A stretch of 62,684 nt of DNA, the filler included, from Chiloscyllium plagiosum (Eukaryota), in the NCBI RefSeq assembly GCF_004010195.1. It is 3 parts of one record of this genome, joined end to end, with 100 filler letters (N's around TTAATTAATTAA, not from the genome) between each part and the next. Parts side by side here need not be neighbours in the genome. Positions count along the whole stretch, not along the records: positions 24,098 to 52,131 come from NC_057712.1; positions 52,232 to 62,684 come from NC_057712.1; 1 more part is not named here. The stretch is one strand, 5' to 3'. The notes below the pieces were generated by a model. The model was not told the DNA's origin. It saw nothing but the letters and a program-made list of their open reading frames with translations, and made no database searches. Every line of letters begins with the position of its first letter. Position 1 is the stretch's first letter. This document shows, one piece after another, positions 39,271 through 52,972 of the stretch. A program made the position numbers and the translations under genes.

Positions 39271-42200
39271 GTGGCACTCCATTGATCACAGGCCTCCAGT
39301 CTGAAAAACAACCCTCCACCACCACCCTCTGTCTTCTACCTTTGAGCCAGTTCTGTATCCAAATGGCTAGTTCTCCCTGTATTCCATGAGATCTAACCTT
39401 GCTAATCAGTCTCCCATGGGGAACCTTGTCAAACGCCTTACTGAAGTCCATATAGATCACATCTACTGCTCTACCCTCATCAATCTTCTTTGTTACTTCT
39501 TCAAAAAACTCAATCAAGTTTGTGAGACATGATTTCCCACTCACAAAGCCATGTTGACTATCCCAAATCAGTCCTTGCCTTTCCNNNNNNNNNNNNNNNN
39601 NNNNNNNNNNNNNNNNNNNNNNNNNNNNNNNNNNNNNNNNNNNNNNNNNNNNNNNNNNNNNNNNNNNNNNNNNNNNNNNNNNNNNNNNNNNNNNNNNNNN
39701 NNNNNNNNNNNNNNNNNNNNNNNNNNNNNNNNNNNNNNNNNNNNNNNNNNNNNNNNNNNNNNNNNNNNNNNNNNNNNNNNNNNNNNNNNNNNNNNNNNNN
39801 NNNNNNNNNNNNNNNNNNNNNNNNNNNNNNNNNNNNNNNNNNNNNNNNNNNNNNNNNNNNNNNNNNNNNNNNNNNNNNNNNNNNNNNNNNNNNNNNNNNN
39901 NNNNNNNNNNNNNNNNNNNNNNNNNNNNNNNNNNNNNNNCTATTCTCTCCCTAGTTACCTTTTTGTCCTTAATATATTTGTAAAAACTCTTTGGATTCTC
40001 TTTAATTCTATTTGCCAAAGCTATCTCATGTCCCCGTTTTGACCTCCTGATTTCCCTCTTAAGTATACTCCTACTTCCTTTATACTCTACTAAGAATTCG
40101 CTCGATCTATCCTGTCTATACAGAATATATGCTTCCTTCTTTTTCTTAAGCAAACCCTCAATTTCTTTAGTCATCCAGCATTCCCTATACCTACCAGCCT
40201 TCCCTTTCACCCTGACAGGAATATACTTTCTCTGGATTCTTGTTATCTCATTTCTGAAAGCTTCCATTTTCCAGCTGTCCCTTTACCTGCGAACATCTGC
40301 CTCCAATCATCTTTTGAAAGTTCTTGCCTAATACCATCAAAATTGGCCTTTCTCCAATTTAGAGCTTCAACTTTTAGATCTGGTCTATCCTCTTCCATCA
40401 CTATTTTAAAACAAATAGAATTATGGTCGCTGGCCCCAAAGTGCTCCCCCACTGACACCTCAGTCACCTGCCTTGCCTTATTTCCCAAGAGTAGGTCATT
40501 CACTAGTAGGTACATTCACTTACTGAGTCAGAAAATGTTCTTGTACACAGTTAAGAAATTCCTCTCCATCTAAACCTTTAACACTATGGCAGTCCCAGTC
40601 GATGTTTGGAAAGTAAAAATCCCTGACCATAACTACCCTATTATTCTTACAGATAGCTGAGATCTCCTTACAAATTTTTTTCTCAATTTCCCTCAATTCC
40701 CTCTATAATACAATCCCAATAAGGTGATCATCCCTTTCTTATTCCTCAGTTCCACCCAAATAACTCATCCCTTTCTTATTCCTCAGTTCCACCCAAATAA
40801 CTTCCCTGGATGTATTTCCGGGATTATCCCCCCTCAGCACAGCTGTAATGCTAACCGTTATCAAAAATGCCACTCCCCCCTCCTCTCTTGCCTCCCTCCT
40901 CCCTTTCTATCCTTCCTGTCGCATTTGTATCCTGGAACATTAAGCTGCCAGTCCTGTCCATCCTTGGGCCATGTTTCTGTAATTGCTATGATATTCCAGT
41001 CCCATGTTCCTAATCATGCCCTGAGTTCATCTGCCTTCCCTTTTAGGCCCCTTGCATCAAAATAAATGCGGTTTAATTTATTAGTCCTACCTTGGCCCTG
41101 CCTGCCCTGACTGTTTGACTCATTTCTGTTCTCAGCTGTACCCACCTCAGATCGATCTCTTTCTTCACCATCTCCCTGGGTCCCACCTGCCCCAACAGCA
41201 TTTATGGCAGACACCCCCCCCCCACCCCCCACCTTACGAGTTTAAATCCTCCCAAGCAGTTCTAGCAAATTTCCCTGCCAGTATATTAGTCCTCTTCCAA
41301 TTTAGGTGCAATCCGTCCTTCTTGTACAGGTCACTTCTACCCCAAAAGAGATTCAAATGTTCCAAAAATGTGAATCCTTCCCCCATACACCAGCTCCTCA
41401 GCCATGCATTCATCTGCTCTATCCTCCTATTCCTGCTCGCAATAGCTCGTAGCACTGGGAGTAATCCAGATATTACTACCCTTGAGGACTTCTTTTTTAA
41501 ATTTCTGCCTAACTCTCTGTAATCTCCCTTCAGAGCCTCAACCTCTTCCCTTCCTATATTGTTGGTTCCAATGTGGACAATGACCTCTTGCTGGCCCCTC
41601 TCCCCGTGAGAGCATTCTGCACCCTCAGACATCATTGATCCTGGCACCAGGGAAACAACACACCATTCTGCTTTTTCTCTGCTGGCCACAGAAACGTCTG
41701 TCTTTACCTCTGACTACAGAATCCCCTTACACAATTGACCTCTTGGAAGCCGACGTACCCCTCGTTGCATTAGAGCTAGTCTCAATATCAGAAACTTGGA
41801 TGTTTGTGCTAAGTTCCCCTGAGAATTCATCAGCCCCTACATTTTCCAAAACAGCATATCTGTTTGAAATGGGTATATCCACAAAAGACTCCTGCCCTAG
41901 GTCCCTACCTCTCTTACCCTTCCTGGAGTTAACCCATCTCTGACTGTATCTGAGACTTTCCCCCTTTCCTTTAACTGCCATCCATCACATCACTGTTGCA
42001 AATTCCTCCTTGCTTCTATCTGTCTCTCCAACCGATCCACTCGATCTGATAAGATTCACATCCAACAGCATTTATGGCAGACATAATCCACAGTAACCCT
42101 TAAACTCTCTTTAAACTCCCACATCTGACAAGAAGTACATATCACTGCAAAGGCCATTTTTGCTCCTTCACAACCCAGAAAATAACATCGTCTTATTCCT

Positions 42201-42740
42201 CTACAAAACACTGCACCAGGTTAAATTAATAGCTATGGCTTATATTTTAACCTTAATCAAGAGACTTATCTCCAAAACATATAATCAAGAAAGAACCCAC
42301 TGTACTCACTAATACAGCCTCTCTCTTGGACAGACTTAAAACAAACAATTAACTTATTTGATTGTGTTGTGAACTTCGCCCAAACTGGTTCCTCCAAGAT
42401 TAATTGTGAAATTCACTGCTTGTTAATTTTCCCAGATACATTCCGATGTCCAGCAACACATGAATTCAAAAACAGCAAAGGCACTAACTGTGCAGGTTCT
42501 CTCTCTCTCCTGCACGGACCTCACCAAGTGCTTCCTTTGTCTGTTCTTCTCCCTTTTAAAACTGCTGTTGTTTGACTTTTTTCCCCCCCAAAGTTCCAAA
42601 ACAATGCAACAGCAGATAAAACAGTAATTGCTGCTCCTGGAATTCGAGGAAATCACCCCCAGCTCCTAAAATACCCCAAAAAAGCAACTCTTACAACCAG
42701 AAATTTTTCCCGTCCTACATCTTGGATTACCCAGAATCCT
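39267..42740 (-). mobile_element. CR1 LINE retaining 5'UTR and ORF1 start, 3'-truncated within RT
   Basis: ORF1 from ATG 42157 MAFAVICTSCQMW...VCHKCC, SGNH esterase VHIGTNNIG...DGLHLN; ORF2 QHGFVSGKSCLTNLIEFFE, DFSKAFDKVPH; 5' boundary approximate. Confidence 0.9.
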
Positions 42741-43642
42741 TGTAGATCTCTATAACTCAATGACTATGACATTTGATTCTCCAGGTGTAAAATTTTGAAG
42801 AGACTCAATTCTGGCTTTAACATCAATTCCTATTTACTGAATGCAAATCCCTGGAGCCAAGTAACTGCCCCCTTGTTTTGCTGAGTTATAGATAATTAAT
42901 CCCCTATATGTACTGTCGAGGATACATTCCTTGGTCACACGAAGTTGGTGTCTCTCCATTTATACATAAGGTATTTGTGCTGGAGCCCCAGCACGAGGGG
43001 TTTGTTTTGCAGGGGCTCTGGCTTACCCTGAACCTGCTTACTAAGGACCTTTTCATGACACTGCAGCTGGACAGCTGTTTTGATAACCCACATTTCCTTT
43101 GTAGGCAGCAGTGAGCTCCTTCCATGCAACAGGTTCTCCTAGGGGAGTATCTGCATACAAAATAGTTCAATTTCACAAAACCTGCCAAGAAACCCTATCC
43201 CAGCCTTGCTCTGGTGGTTAACCTAATCTAATGGACAATTTGATAATTCCAATCTTTACGATGGGAACAATAAAACAATTTGTCATACTTTAACCAGGCA
43301 TAAAGTCAAATAAAACTGAGAAGGAACAAATTATATAATTTCTTTGAAGATCCATGGCCTTCTTACTGTTCACTATTTTGTAATTTATATTTGAAAAAAG
43401 CATCCTGTCATCATGTTGAAGGGTCATTTGCAATGGTACAGTTTTATTTGCAATCATGATATTTCTAAAAGGTGCAAATCCAATGTTAATTTGACAAGAT
43501 TTCTAAAATAAAAGATAGATGATTGTTTCTTTTGTTCTTGCACACTTCATTCAGAAAAGAGGGAAGACATGAAACATTGCTGCTACAAGATGAAGTTTTC
43601 AAAGGAACTACTTTTGTACAGTTAACATAATTCAAACTATAC

Positions 43643-43754
43643 CTCGATGAACCAGTAGGATATCATTTTCATGAACTGGCCTGTGCACCATATCAGAGTC
43701 AGGATGATTAGCATGAAGGTGTTCATAGAACCACTCACATCTATCCTTGAAGGG
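43643..43754 (-). CDS. HACE1: HACE1 exon [37 protein letters not shown](D)
   Basis: Manual translation; tttttag acceptor, GTATAG donor; 112 bp, phase 0 to 1. Confidence 0.96.
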
Positions 43755-44411
43755 CTAAAAAGTGAGAAAAGAACCCAATTGATTTTTTTCTTATAAAGTA
43801 CAAAAAAAATTAATAAAAATATAGGCTACTGCATTGAAGATGAAGACAAATAGAAAGTGTTGATGCTCCCCTTATCATTGTAATACTAGACCTCAATCAA
43901 TAGCCTCTTATCCCTGTGCACCAAATGCTAGTCCAGAATAAGGATACAGAACAGAAAGGTTTCACACCATGAGGCAATAATAGCAAGATTAAGTAGTGGA
44001 AGTAAGGACACAGATAGAGGTAACGATTTACTTAACAAGGATATTGCTCAAAAAATAAGAGACATGCTGTCAAAGATTTCTGTCTTGCGCTCATCAGGAC
44101 AAATGCAAAAAAGTCAAATTTCAAAGACAGGAGCAAATAAAGGGCAGAGCAACTCCAAGCACTGCCATGAAGAATGTGCAAGGGATTTACTGTCCCCCAA
44201 GACTTTATTCAAAACAAAGCTCAATGTTTGGTCAGGTGGTTTGTTTTTTCCAGACGACAGGAACCTGTGTATGGATATACTTAACAGTGAATAAGTTTAA
44301 GTGATCTGAGTTGCAAGCCCAATTGACAAGAGTTTTTTGTGTTATGCTTATAATTCGTAACATTTGATTGGACAGCAAATGCTGTCCAATCCTGGACTTG
44401 ATTCTAATATC

Positions 44412-44725
44412 AGGCAATATGGTGGCATGGTGGCTAGCACTGCTGCCTCACAACGCCAGAGACCCGGGTTCAATTCCCACCTCAGTTAACTGTCTGTGTG
44501 GAGTTTGCACATTCTCCCAGTGTGTACGTGGGTTTCCTCCGGGTGCTCTGGTTTCCTCCCACAGTCCAAAAATGTGCAGGTTAGGTGAATTGGCCATGCT
44601 AAATTGCCCGTAGTGTTAGGTGAAGGGGCAAATATAGGGGAATGGGTCTGGGTGGGTTGCTCTTCGGAGGGTCGGTGTGGACTAGTTGGGCCGAAGGGCC
44701 TGTTTCCACACTAAGTAATCTAATT
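44412..44725 (+). mobile_element. HE1-type SINE
   Basis: A/B boxes and same body as 10166-10450. Confidence 0.88.
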
Positions 44726-45697
44726 CAATATTAGATGTACTGAGTTTTGCATGCTTGTGATTGTAGAAGTAAGTGTTCTCATTGGAAACTGCCAAAAAGA
44801 TGTGCTATTTAATACAATTCACTAGTTGTTGAGGTATACGAAGTACATATTTAACGCTGTATTAGGACGAAAGTTCATATACCACATTACTTATTTTTTC
44901 GTATGCAGAATGTCTTTGCAGTTTGACAGCAGCATCCTATTTGTGAAAAATACCACTCGTCTTGCTTTATTTTGAGAAAAACTTACTTTTCCAGGGTAAA
45001 TTCAGACACACTGGACAGTTTTCAGATCCAAAAGTGGCAGCCTCAGGCCCATTTCAGAGTACTTGTGATACACAGTGACCAATGATCAGAATTGGAGCAA
45101 GAGCTATTTTAGAAACAAAATTCCTATCCTACCTTCCTTTCCCCCACCCCTCCACCACTATAGACAAAATGCAACAGCAATACAGTGTGACGACAATCTG
45201 TAATCACATGCTAAAATAATTTACTGCTGTACTTGAATATGGCAATGCCTGTTAGTGATAAGAACTTATCAACAAGGTTATCCAATGTTACTTTGTGTAA
45301 GGCAATTAGTAGTCAAGCCATATACAATGAAGGATGCATGCTTGATCACTCAGTATTAACAAAATTAACTTCAGCTAGAGTGACTGTAGGCACGCACGAG
45401 CTAGACTGGGCTCTCAACATCGATTCACAAGAGTGGAGTTTCACGAGCAGCAGTTGTCCTCCAGTATTTTAAGGGGTCATATTGTCAGCACTACACAATC
45501 TCATCTTCACAAGGCACGCAACATTTCTAGCAGGAAATCACTATATTTATTAGTATGACCTCAATCAATTGCCCCCTTGTAAACAAATAACCGATTGGCT
45601 AACTGTAACAGCTACTTCAAATGACATCTAACGTTCAATGACATTCAGAATCGGAACATGATACATCACTGACTTGCAAACTCATGATTTCAATTTA

Positions 45698-46086
<389 letters not shown>

Positions 46087-46931
46087 CTAACTCATTGCCT
46101 ACAATGGTAGTGGTGAAGGGGAGACAATCAATGATTTTAAAAAGAAATTTCATGAGAGAATTAAGAAAGAAAAACTTGCAAGGTTGGAATGATACAGCAG
46201 GGATGTGGGTCTGACTGTATTAATCTCAAAAATGGCATGGATTCAACTGGGCCAAATGACCTACTTCTACGTGGTTATGAATATCACTTCAATTGAAAAG
46301 CTGATCATATATACATAATGAAAGCCTACATTTCAGAACACTTAAATCTCAATCATGTGCACAAGATAAAACAGTTTCACACATTAAACCAGCCATTTTT
46401 AAATATAATAGCTCTGTGATCAAACTATTTCATTTTAAAATCCTTAGTGTTAACATCATATAATCACTGAATGCTCCCAAAAAGGATAATACCTCATTAC
46501 AACTATATCTCAATCACAAGCTATTAACCAAGAAAGTTGCCTTGAAATTTACTTCAACATTCCATTGCAGCTTATGCAAATGCTAACTCTGTACTGACAT
46601 CATTTGGCAAGTGTATATGGTTCAAACCTATTCCCTACGCTGAGACCAAGTAAGTAAAGATCATACACCCAGCTGAATAACTAAACTAACATCAGAGTTA
46701 GGCTCAAAAGAGCATGGTATAACCAAAACAAAATTGGCCAGTCTTAGCATACGCAAAAGATGAATATGATGCATTTCAACACTCACCAGTTCCTGGATGA
46801 AAAAAAAAGCATCTGAACACTCATGTAATCTCATACTTTAAAGGCAAGTCGTTCAAGTCAAAGCACAGTTTAAGATGATCATACTCTACGTTCCAGGTCT
46901 GGCTTGAACTTTAATGTGCAGGATAATTATT

Positions 46932-47250
46932 GGGCAGCACGGTGGCACAGTGCTTAGCACTGCTGCCTCACAGCGCCAGAGACCCATGTTAAATTCCTGC
47001 CTCAGGCGACTGACTGTGTGGAGTTTGCACATTCTCCCTGTGTCTGCGTGGGTTTCCTCCGGGTGCCCCGGTTTCCTCCCACAATCCAAAAGTGTGCAAG
47101 TGAGGTGAATTGGCCATGCTAAATTGCCCGTAGTGTTAGGTGAAGGGGTGAATGTAGGAGAAGGGGTCTGGGTGGGTTACGCTTCGGCGGTCGGTGTGGA
47201 CTTGTTGGGCTGAAGGGCCTGTTTCTACACGATAAGTAATCTAATCTAAT
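46932..47250 (+). mobile_element. HE1-type SINE
   Basis: gggcagcacggtggcacagtgcttagcac head; tail taatctaatctaat. Confidence 0.88.
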
Positions 47251-47819
47251 AATAACAGTACCTGGGTACTGGTCACTGTTGCACAAAACCTACCTCCAAC
47301 CATGCACACAAAAATGTGAAACACCTTCCATTTCATGTATGTTCACATTAATTTAGATGAATATTTGAACATTGGACAACTACACTGGAGTGACCTACAA
47401 ACCAATCAAATCAGTCTAGTTCAAGAAAAAGTGGTCACCTGAAAGTAGAGTTGATTCCAATCAGCACTAACCATAAAATTGTCACAAATGCAGGTCAACA
47501 CATCTCTAACCACATTAAGGCATTAAAATTAAAATAGTGGATAAGTTCTACTCACTTTATTAATTCTTAACCACTTTAAGAAAAATTAATGATAAGTTTA
47601 GTTTCTACTTACTCCTTTTAAGGTGCCAATATTGCATTTACCGTTCATATTTTCCATGAGAACCATACATATTACATAATCCCATAAGAATAGCATTAAT
47701 AGCCATTTTCAATGACAAACTTGACTACATTTGTTCCTGTGTATTTTCCTTCAATATCCCAGGAATCTTGTTGTGACGTTAAGCTTACTACTGTGATAAT
47801 TAAACTAAGGTCAGAGGCT

Positions 47820-49640
47820 GGGAATTCTGCAAGTTCACTTTCTGACTCCCTAAGCATGTTCACAATATACGAGGTGTGATGTAATGTATTCCACCTGCCT
47901 GAATGGGTAGAGCTCCAACAACACTCAAGAAATTTAACACCAAGGATAAAACAGTCCATTTGCTCGGCACCTCGGTCACCTTAAATATCAACTCCCTTCA
48001 CCACCTGCACAGTGGCAGAAATGTGTACCATTTGCAAAATGCACTCCAGTAACTCACCAGCCTCCTTTAAAAAAGGTTCAATGGAGAGTCCAGGAGGGCA
48101 AGGAGCAGAACCAAACTTATTTAAAAGTCAGATGTCAACTTAGCGAAAATAGGACCACTTGCACGTCGAGTGTCTAAGCGATGCAAATACATGATTCAAC
48201 AGCCAATGAATCAGACTGTGGCTCAACAGGTCTGTCAAATCCAATTGTGAATGGTAGTGAACAATTAAACAACTCACTGAAGCAGACAGCTCCACAAATA
48301 TCCCCATCCTCAGTAATGGAGAAACCCAGCCCAGCAATGCAAAAGACAAGACTGAAGCATTTGTAGCTATCTTCAGTCAGAAGTGCTGAGTAGATGACCT
48401 ATCTGGGACACTCCAGAGGTTCCCAAAATCACAGGTGCTAGTCTTCAAACAATTTCATTCACTCAACCTCATACCAAAAAAATGCTTGAAGGCACTCAAT
48501 GCTACAAAGCATACAGGCCCTGACAAAATTCCAGCAACAGGACTGAGTGCGGCATCAAGGAGTCCTAACAAAACTGGAAAACAGTCGAAATTCTATGGTT
48601 GGAGCCATATCTGACTTAAAGAAAATGGTTGCAGTTATTGTATGTTAGTCATCTCAGTTCCAGGATATCTCTGCAGACGTTCCTCATCTTCGGCTGCTTC
48701 AATGACATTCCCTTCAACATAAACTCATGAAAGAGGAGATGCTTGCTGATGACTGCACAATGTTCAACACCATTCAGAACTCCTCAGATACTATGTCCAA
48801 ATACAGCCAGATCTGGACATTATCCAAGCTTGAGCTGAAAAGTGGCAGAAACATTCACACCACACAGATGCCAAAGCAAGGACCATCTCTAACAAGAGAG
48901 AATCTAAACATTGTCCTTCTACATTAAATGGCATTCCCATCACTAAATCCTCCACTAACAACATTCTATGGGTTACCATTGACCAAAACTGACTTGGACG
49001 AGCCATATAAATACAATGCCTACCAGAGTGGGCCAGAGGCTAGGAATCCCACAGAGAGCAATTCATCCCTCAACTCCGCAAAGCCTGTCCACCATGTACA
49101 AGACACAAATCAGGATGGTGATGGAATACCCCACATTACAGAATTATTACAGTGCAGGAGAAGGCCATTGACTTCACTTGCCGAGATGAGTGTAGTTTCC
49201 AACAACATTCAACATGCTTGACACCATACAGGACAAACTAGACCGTTTAATTGGCACTCATCCACAAACGTCCACTTGCTCCACCACCAGTGCTCCATAG
49301 CAGCAGCATCTACCAAGATTCCTTAGACAGATCCTTCTAAAACCATGACCACAACCATGCAGAAGGACATGGGGATTAAATACAGAGGGAACCCCCTCAA
49401 CCCTCAAATAATATTGATTCGAGTGACCAAGAGGCCTACCCCTCTTTCCTTTGGTTCCAATAGTGAACCATGATCACAGTCCTTTACTGTCACTATTCAA
49501 AAATCTGATCTCCCTTCCTAATAATACTATTGGTACACCTATGCCTGATCAACTGCAGTGGTGCAACAGAACAGCTCACATCACCTGGGGATGAACAACA
49601 GTTTGCCGGATTTATCAGTGATGCTCACATACCATGAATA
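47820..49640 (+). mobile_element. Degenerate LINE fragments (CR1/L2 group) ending in an A-rich tail
   Basis: KA.GPDKIP and MLADDCT motifs; aataaataag(a)n at 49617-49639. Confidence 0.7.
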
Positions 49641-50472
49641 AATAAGAAAAAAAAAAAAAGAGGACTGGATTTCAAACCTGACAGTCTCAATTGAGTCAAG
49701 AAGTCAGAAGCGATTGTGGCAGCACATTTGCTGCAATTTTCCCAAGAATTCTTGGAAGCAAGAACAACAGGCAAACTAGAGGGCTGTAAAGTATAGAAGG
49801 TTTGCAGTGGTACGCCAGCAAAACAGTTGGGTGCTGCATAGGCAGGCAGGAACTGGAATGCTGCAATAGAATGGACACCTGCGATGAATGTATTTCTCGC
49901 TGAGAGAGAAAGTGTTACTTGATCTCTCAGGAAACAGAGGGATATGGGAATGGGAAAGAAAGTGGAGTTGAGCCTTCAAACAGCCATGATCATATTGAAA
50001 GTCTGTATGGTCTACTGCTCCCATTACATTTTCTTGCATGCCCTCTGATTCAGTATGACAACCTGCGGCATCTATCTTACCCCCTTCTGCTTCAGCCGCA
50101 CATTTTCAAAATCCCTCCTTCTGCACTTAGACTTCTAAAATGATTATAAAATCCTCAAGCTATCAGTCACTAGTTCACTTACTGTACCAATACCAATGTT
50201 CTTTAATGTTTCTATCTCGGTCTAAAAAAGTCCATGTTTCTACATACCACAGTAGAGGAGATAGAAAGAATTTTAGTTCTAACGTCAAAAATGGGAGCTA
50301 CCTGGTCTAGATAATTTGAGCTTCTTATTTGGAGAAAAAGATACTTGACGTCAAAGCTCCAGTGAAAACCAGGTGAAATTTTCACAATCGAACTATTTTA
50401 TCCTGTAGACAGATGAAGATAACAATAGAAAGGCAATGACTGAAAATAAACCAAAATTTGAATTTTTCTCAC

Positions 50473-50819
50473 CCCTGAGGCATTTGACAGGAACAGCACA
50501 TATAAAAAGCCTGGATGACTGCACTCAGTCGATTTGCTGTCATAGAAATTACATCTAGACAATCTGAACTGGCATCCTGTGTAGTGTTGTCACTATCTTC
50601 AAGCTTCTCTAAGCTGGCATGTTGGTCTTCCAAGATCTCTTTGCTAACAGTCTTAAACACTCGACTAGTGACAACTTCTTGCTGTTCTTGGGCTCTTTGT
50701 TTCAGTAAAATTGAAGTGATGTTTTTAGCATCCATTTCAGAGTCCTCTTTATTTTTCTTCAATTCTGTGGCAATAAGAACTAACCATTCATCCAGCGAAT
50801 GCCATAGTAGTTCCAAAGG
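50473..50819 (-). CDS. HACE1: HACE1 E3 ubiquitin ligase, internal coding exon (first one present in window): [20 protein letters not shown]...[25 protein letters not shown]
   Basis: Peptide ends match vertebrate HACE1 as I recall it; acceptor ttttaacag, donor GTGAG; 347 bp, phase 0 to 2. Confidence 0.96.
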
Positions 50820-51595
50820 CTGTTAAAACAAAGAGGAAGCAAAAAATGATACAGTTATGTTATTATTGAACTATCACCTGGGGAATTGCTTTGTAAAAAA
50901 TATAAATATAAAAACACTAATCAACTTAAGTACTATATTGGATTCTATTTGCTCGTATTGCTTCAATCTTAGCAAGTATAGAATGGGCCAATTAGAATCA
51001 TAAAAGTGATACGATGGGAAGAAACAACTGAACAGCCTGCAGCTCTTCATAGTTTGGCCACAAGTAAAATCTCAATCTTGAATTGCTTTTCAGCCAAATA
51101 TATTTTGAAGAAGGTATAGAACTAAATCACAATAACCATTACCAGAAGTCATAACAATATTGCTTTTTTGATATTGCTTAGCAAATGTAGATCCCTGCCA
51201 GGTAAACCAAAGGCAGCACAGGTCCAACATATAACTTATGGGGTACTGCAAGGATCAGGACTCACGCCCCAGCTGTTCACAAATTATATTAATGATTTGG
51301 ATCTGGGGAAACAAATATAATATTTCCAAGTTTGTGAATGAAACAAAACTAATGGAAATATATCTTGCGAGATCACAAAGAGGTTTCAGGATAGGTTGAG
51401 TGAGTGGACAAGAAAATAGCAGATGGAAGGCAATGTGCTTACGAGTGAGGCTATCCATGTTCGTAGGAAGGATGGAAGTGAAGAGTTTCTTAAGTGATGT
51501 GATATTGAGGAGTGTTGATGCCGAAATGGATGTGTGCCCTTGATTACAAGTTGCTGGAAAACTACATGAAGGTATAAGTGATTCAAGTACCAAAA

Positions 51596-52131
51596 TAAAG
51601 ATGTGCAGGGATGGTGCAGGAGGGAGGGATTTAGGTATCTGGATAACTGGGGTTCTTTCTGAGGAAGGTGGGACCTCTATAAACAGGATGGTCTACACCT
51701 GAACCTGAGGGGCACCAGTATCCTTGGGGGAAGGTTTGCTAGTGCTCTTCAGGGGGGTTTAAACTAATTCTACAGGGGCATGGGAACCTAGACTGTAGCT
51801 TTAGGGTGCAGGACCTGGAGTGTAGGGAGGTTAGGAACATGGCATCAATCTCAAAGGAGGGTGCCTGTAAACAGGAAAGTGGCTTGAAGTATGTATACTT
51901 CAATGCAAGAAGTATATGAAATAAGGTAGGTGAACTTGCAGCATGGATTGGTACCTGGGATTTCGATGTTGTGGCTATTACGGAGACATGGATAGAACAG
52001 GGACAGGATTGGCTGTTGCAGGTTCCAGGGTTTAAATGTTTTAGTAGGGGCAGAGGTGGGGGTAAAAGAGGGGGAGGTGTGGCATTGCTTGTCAAAGATC
52101 GTATTACAGCGGTGGAAAGGACGATGGATGA
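51596..52131 (+). mobile_element. CR1 fragment (ORF1 end and endonuclease start), second family
   Basis: DGLHLNLRG; YFNARSI; VAITETW; RGGGVALLVK. Confidence 0.9.
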
Positions 52132-52231
52132 NNNNNNNNNNNNNNNNNNNNNNNNNNNNNNNNNNNNNNNNNNNNTTAATTAATTAANNNNNNNNNNNNN
52201 NNNNNNNNNNNNNNNNNNNNNNNNNNNNNNN
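52132..52231. other. Synthetic scaffold spacer N44-TTAATTAATTAA-N44
   Basis: Exactly 100 bp, same format as 23998-24097. Confidence 0.95.
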
Positions 52232-52972
52232 CTGTAATATTATCTTTGACAAGCAATGCCACACCTCCCCCTCTTTTACCCTCACCTCTGACCCTACTAA
52301 AACATTTAAACCCTGGGACCTGCAACAGCCAATCCTGTCCCTGTTTTACCCATGTCTCCGTAATAGCCACAACATCGAAGTCCCAGGTACCAACCCACGC
52401 TGCAAGTTCACCTACCTTATTTCGTATACTTCTTGCATTGAAGTATACACACTTCAAATCACTTTCCTGTTTACAGGCACCCTCCTTTGAGATTGATGCC
52501 ATGTTCCTAACCTCCCTACACTCCAGGTCGTGCACCCTAAAGCTACAGTCTGGGTTCCCATGCCCCTGCAGAGTTAGTTTAAACCCCCCCCAAGAGCACT
52601 AGCAAACCTCCCAACAAGGATACTGGTGCCCCTTAGGTTCAGGTGTAGACCATCCTGTTTATAGAGGTCCCACCTTCCCCAGAAGGAACCCCAGTTATCC
52701 AAATACCGGAATCCCTCCCTCCTGCACCATCCCTGTAGCCGCGCATTTAACTGTTCTCTCTCCCTATTCCTTGACTCTCTATCACGTGGCACGGGTAATG
52801 AACCAGAGACCACAACTCTGTTCGTTCTAACTCTGAGCTTCCAACCTAGCTCCCTGAAAGCCTGCCTAACATCCTCAGTGCTCCTCCTACCTATGTCATT
52901 GGTGCCAATATGGACCACGACTTCGGGCTGCTCCCCCTCCCCCTTAAGGACCCGGAAAACACGATCAGAGAC
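52232..52972 (-). mobile_element. CR1 fragment (ORF1 esterase and endonuclease start), same family as 51596-52131, opposite strand
   Basis: ORFs 52574..52918 (VHIGTNDIG...DGLHLN) and 52176..52535 (YFNARSIRNK...AITETW). Confidence 0.92.

Noticed and set aside
42904..43220. GC-richer block that might be another LTR
   Set aside because: No matching TG...CA termini with a TSD could be found
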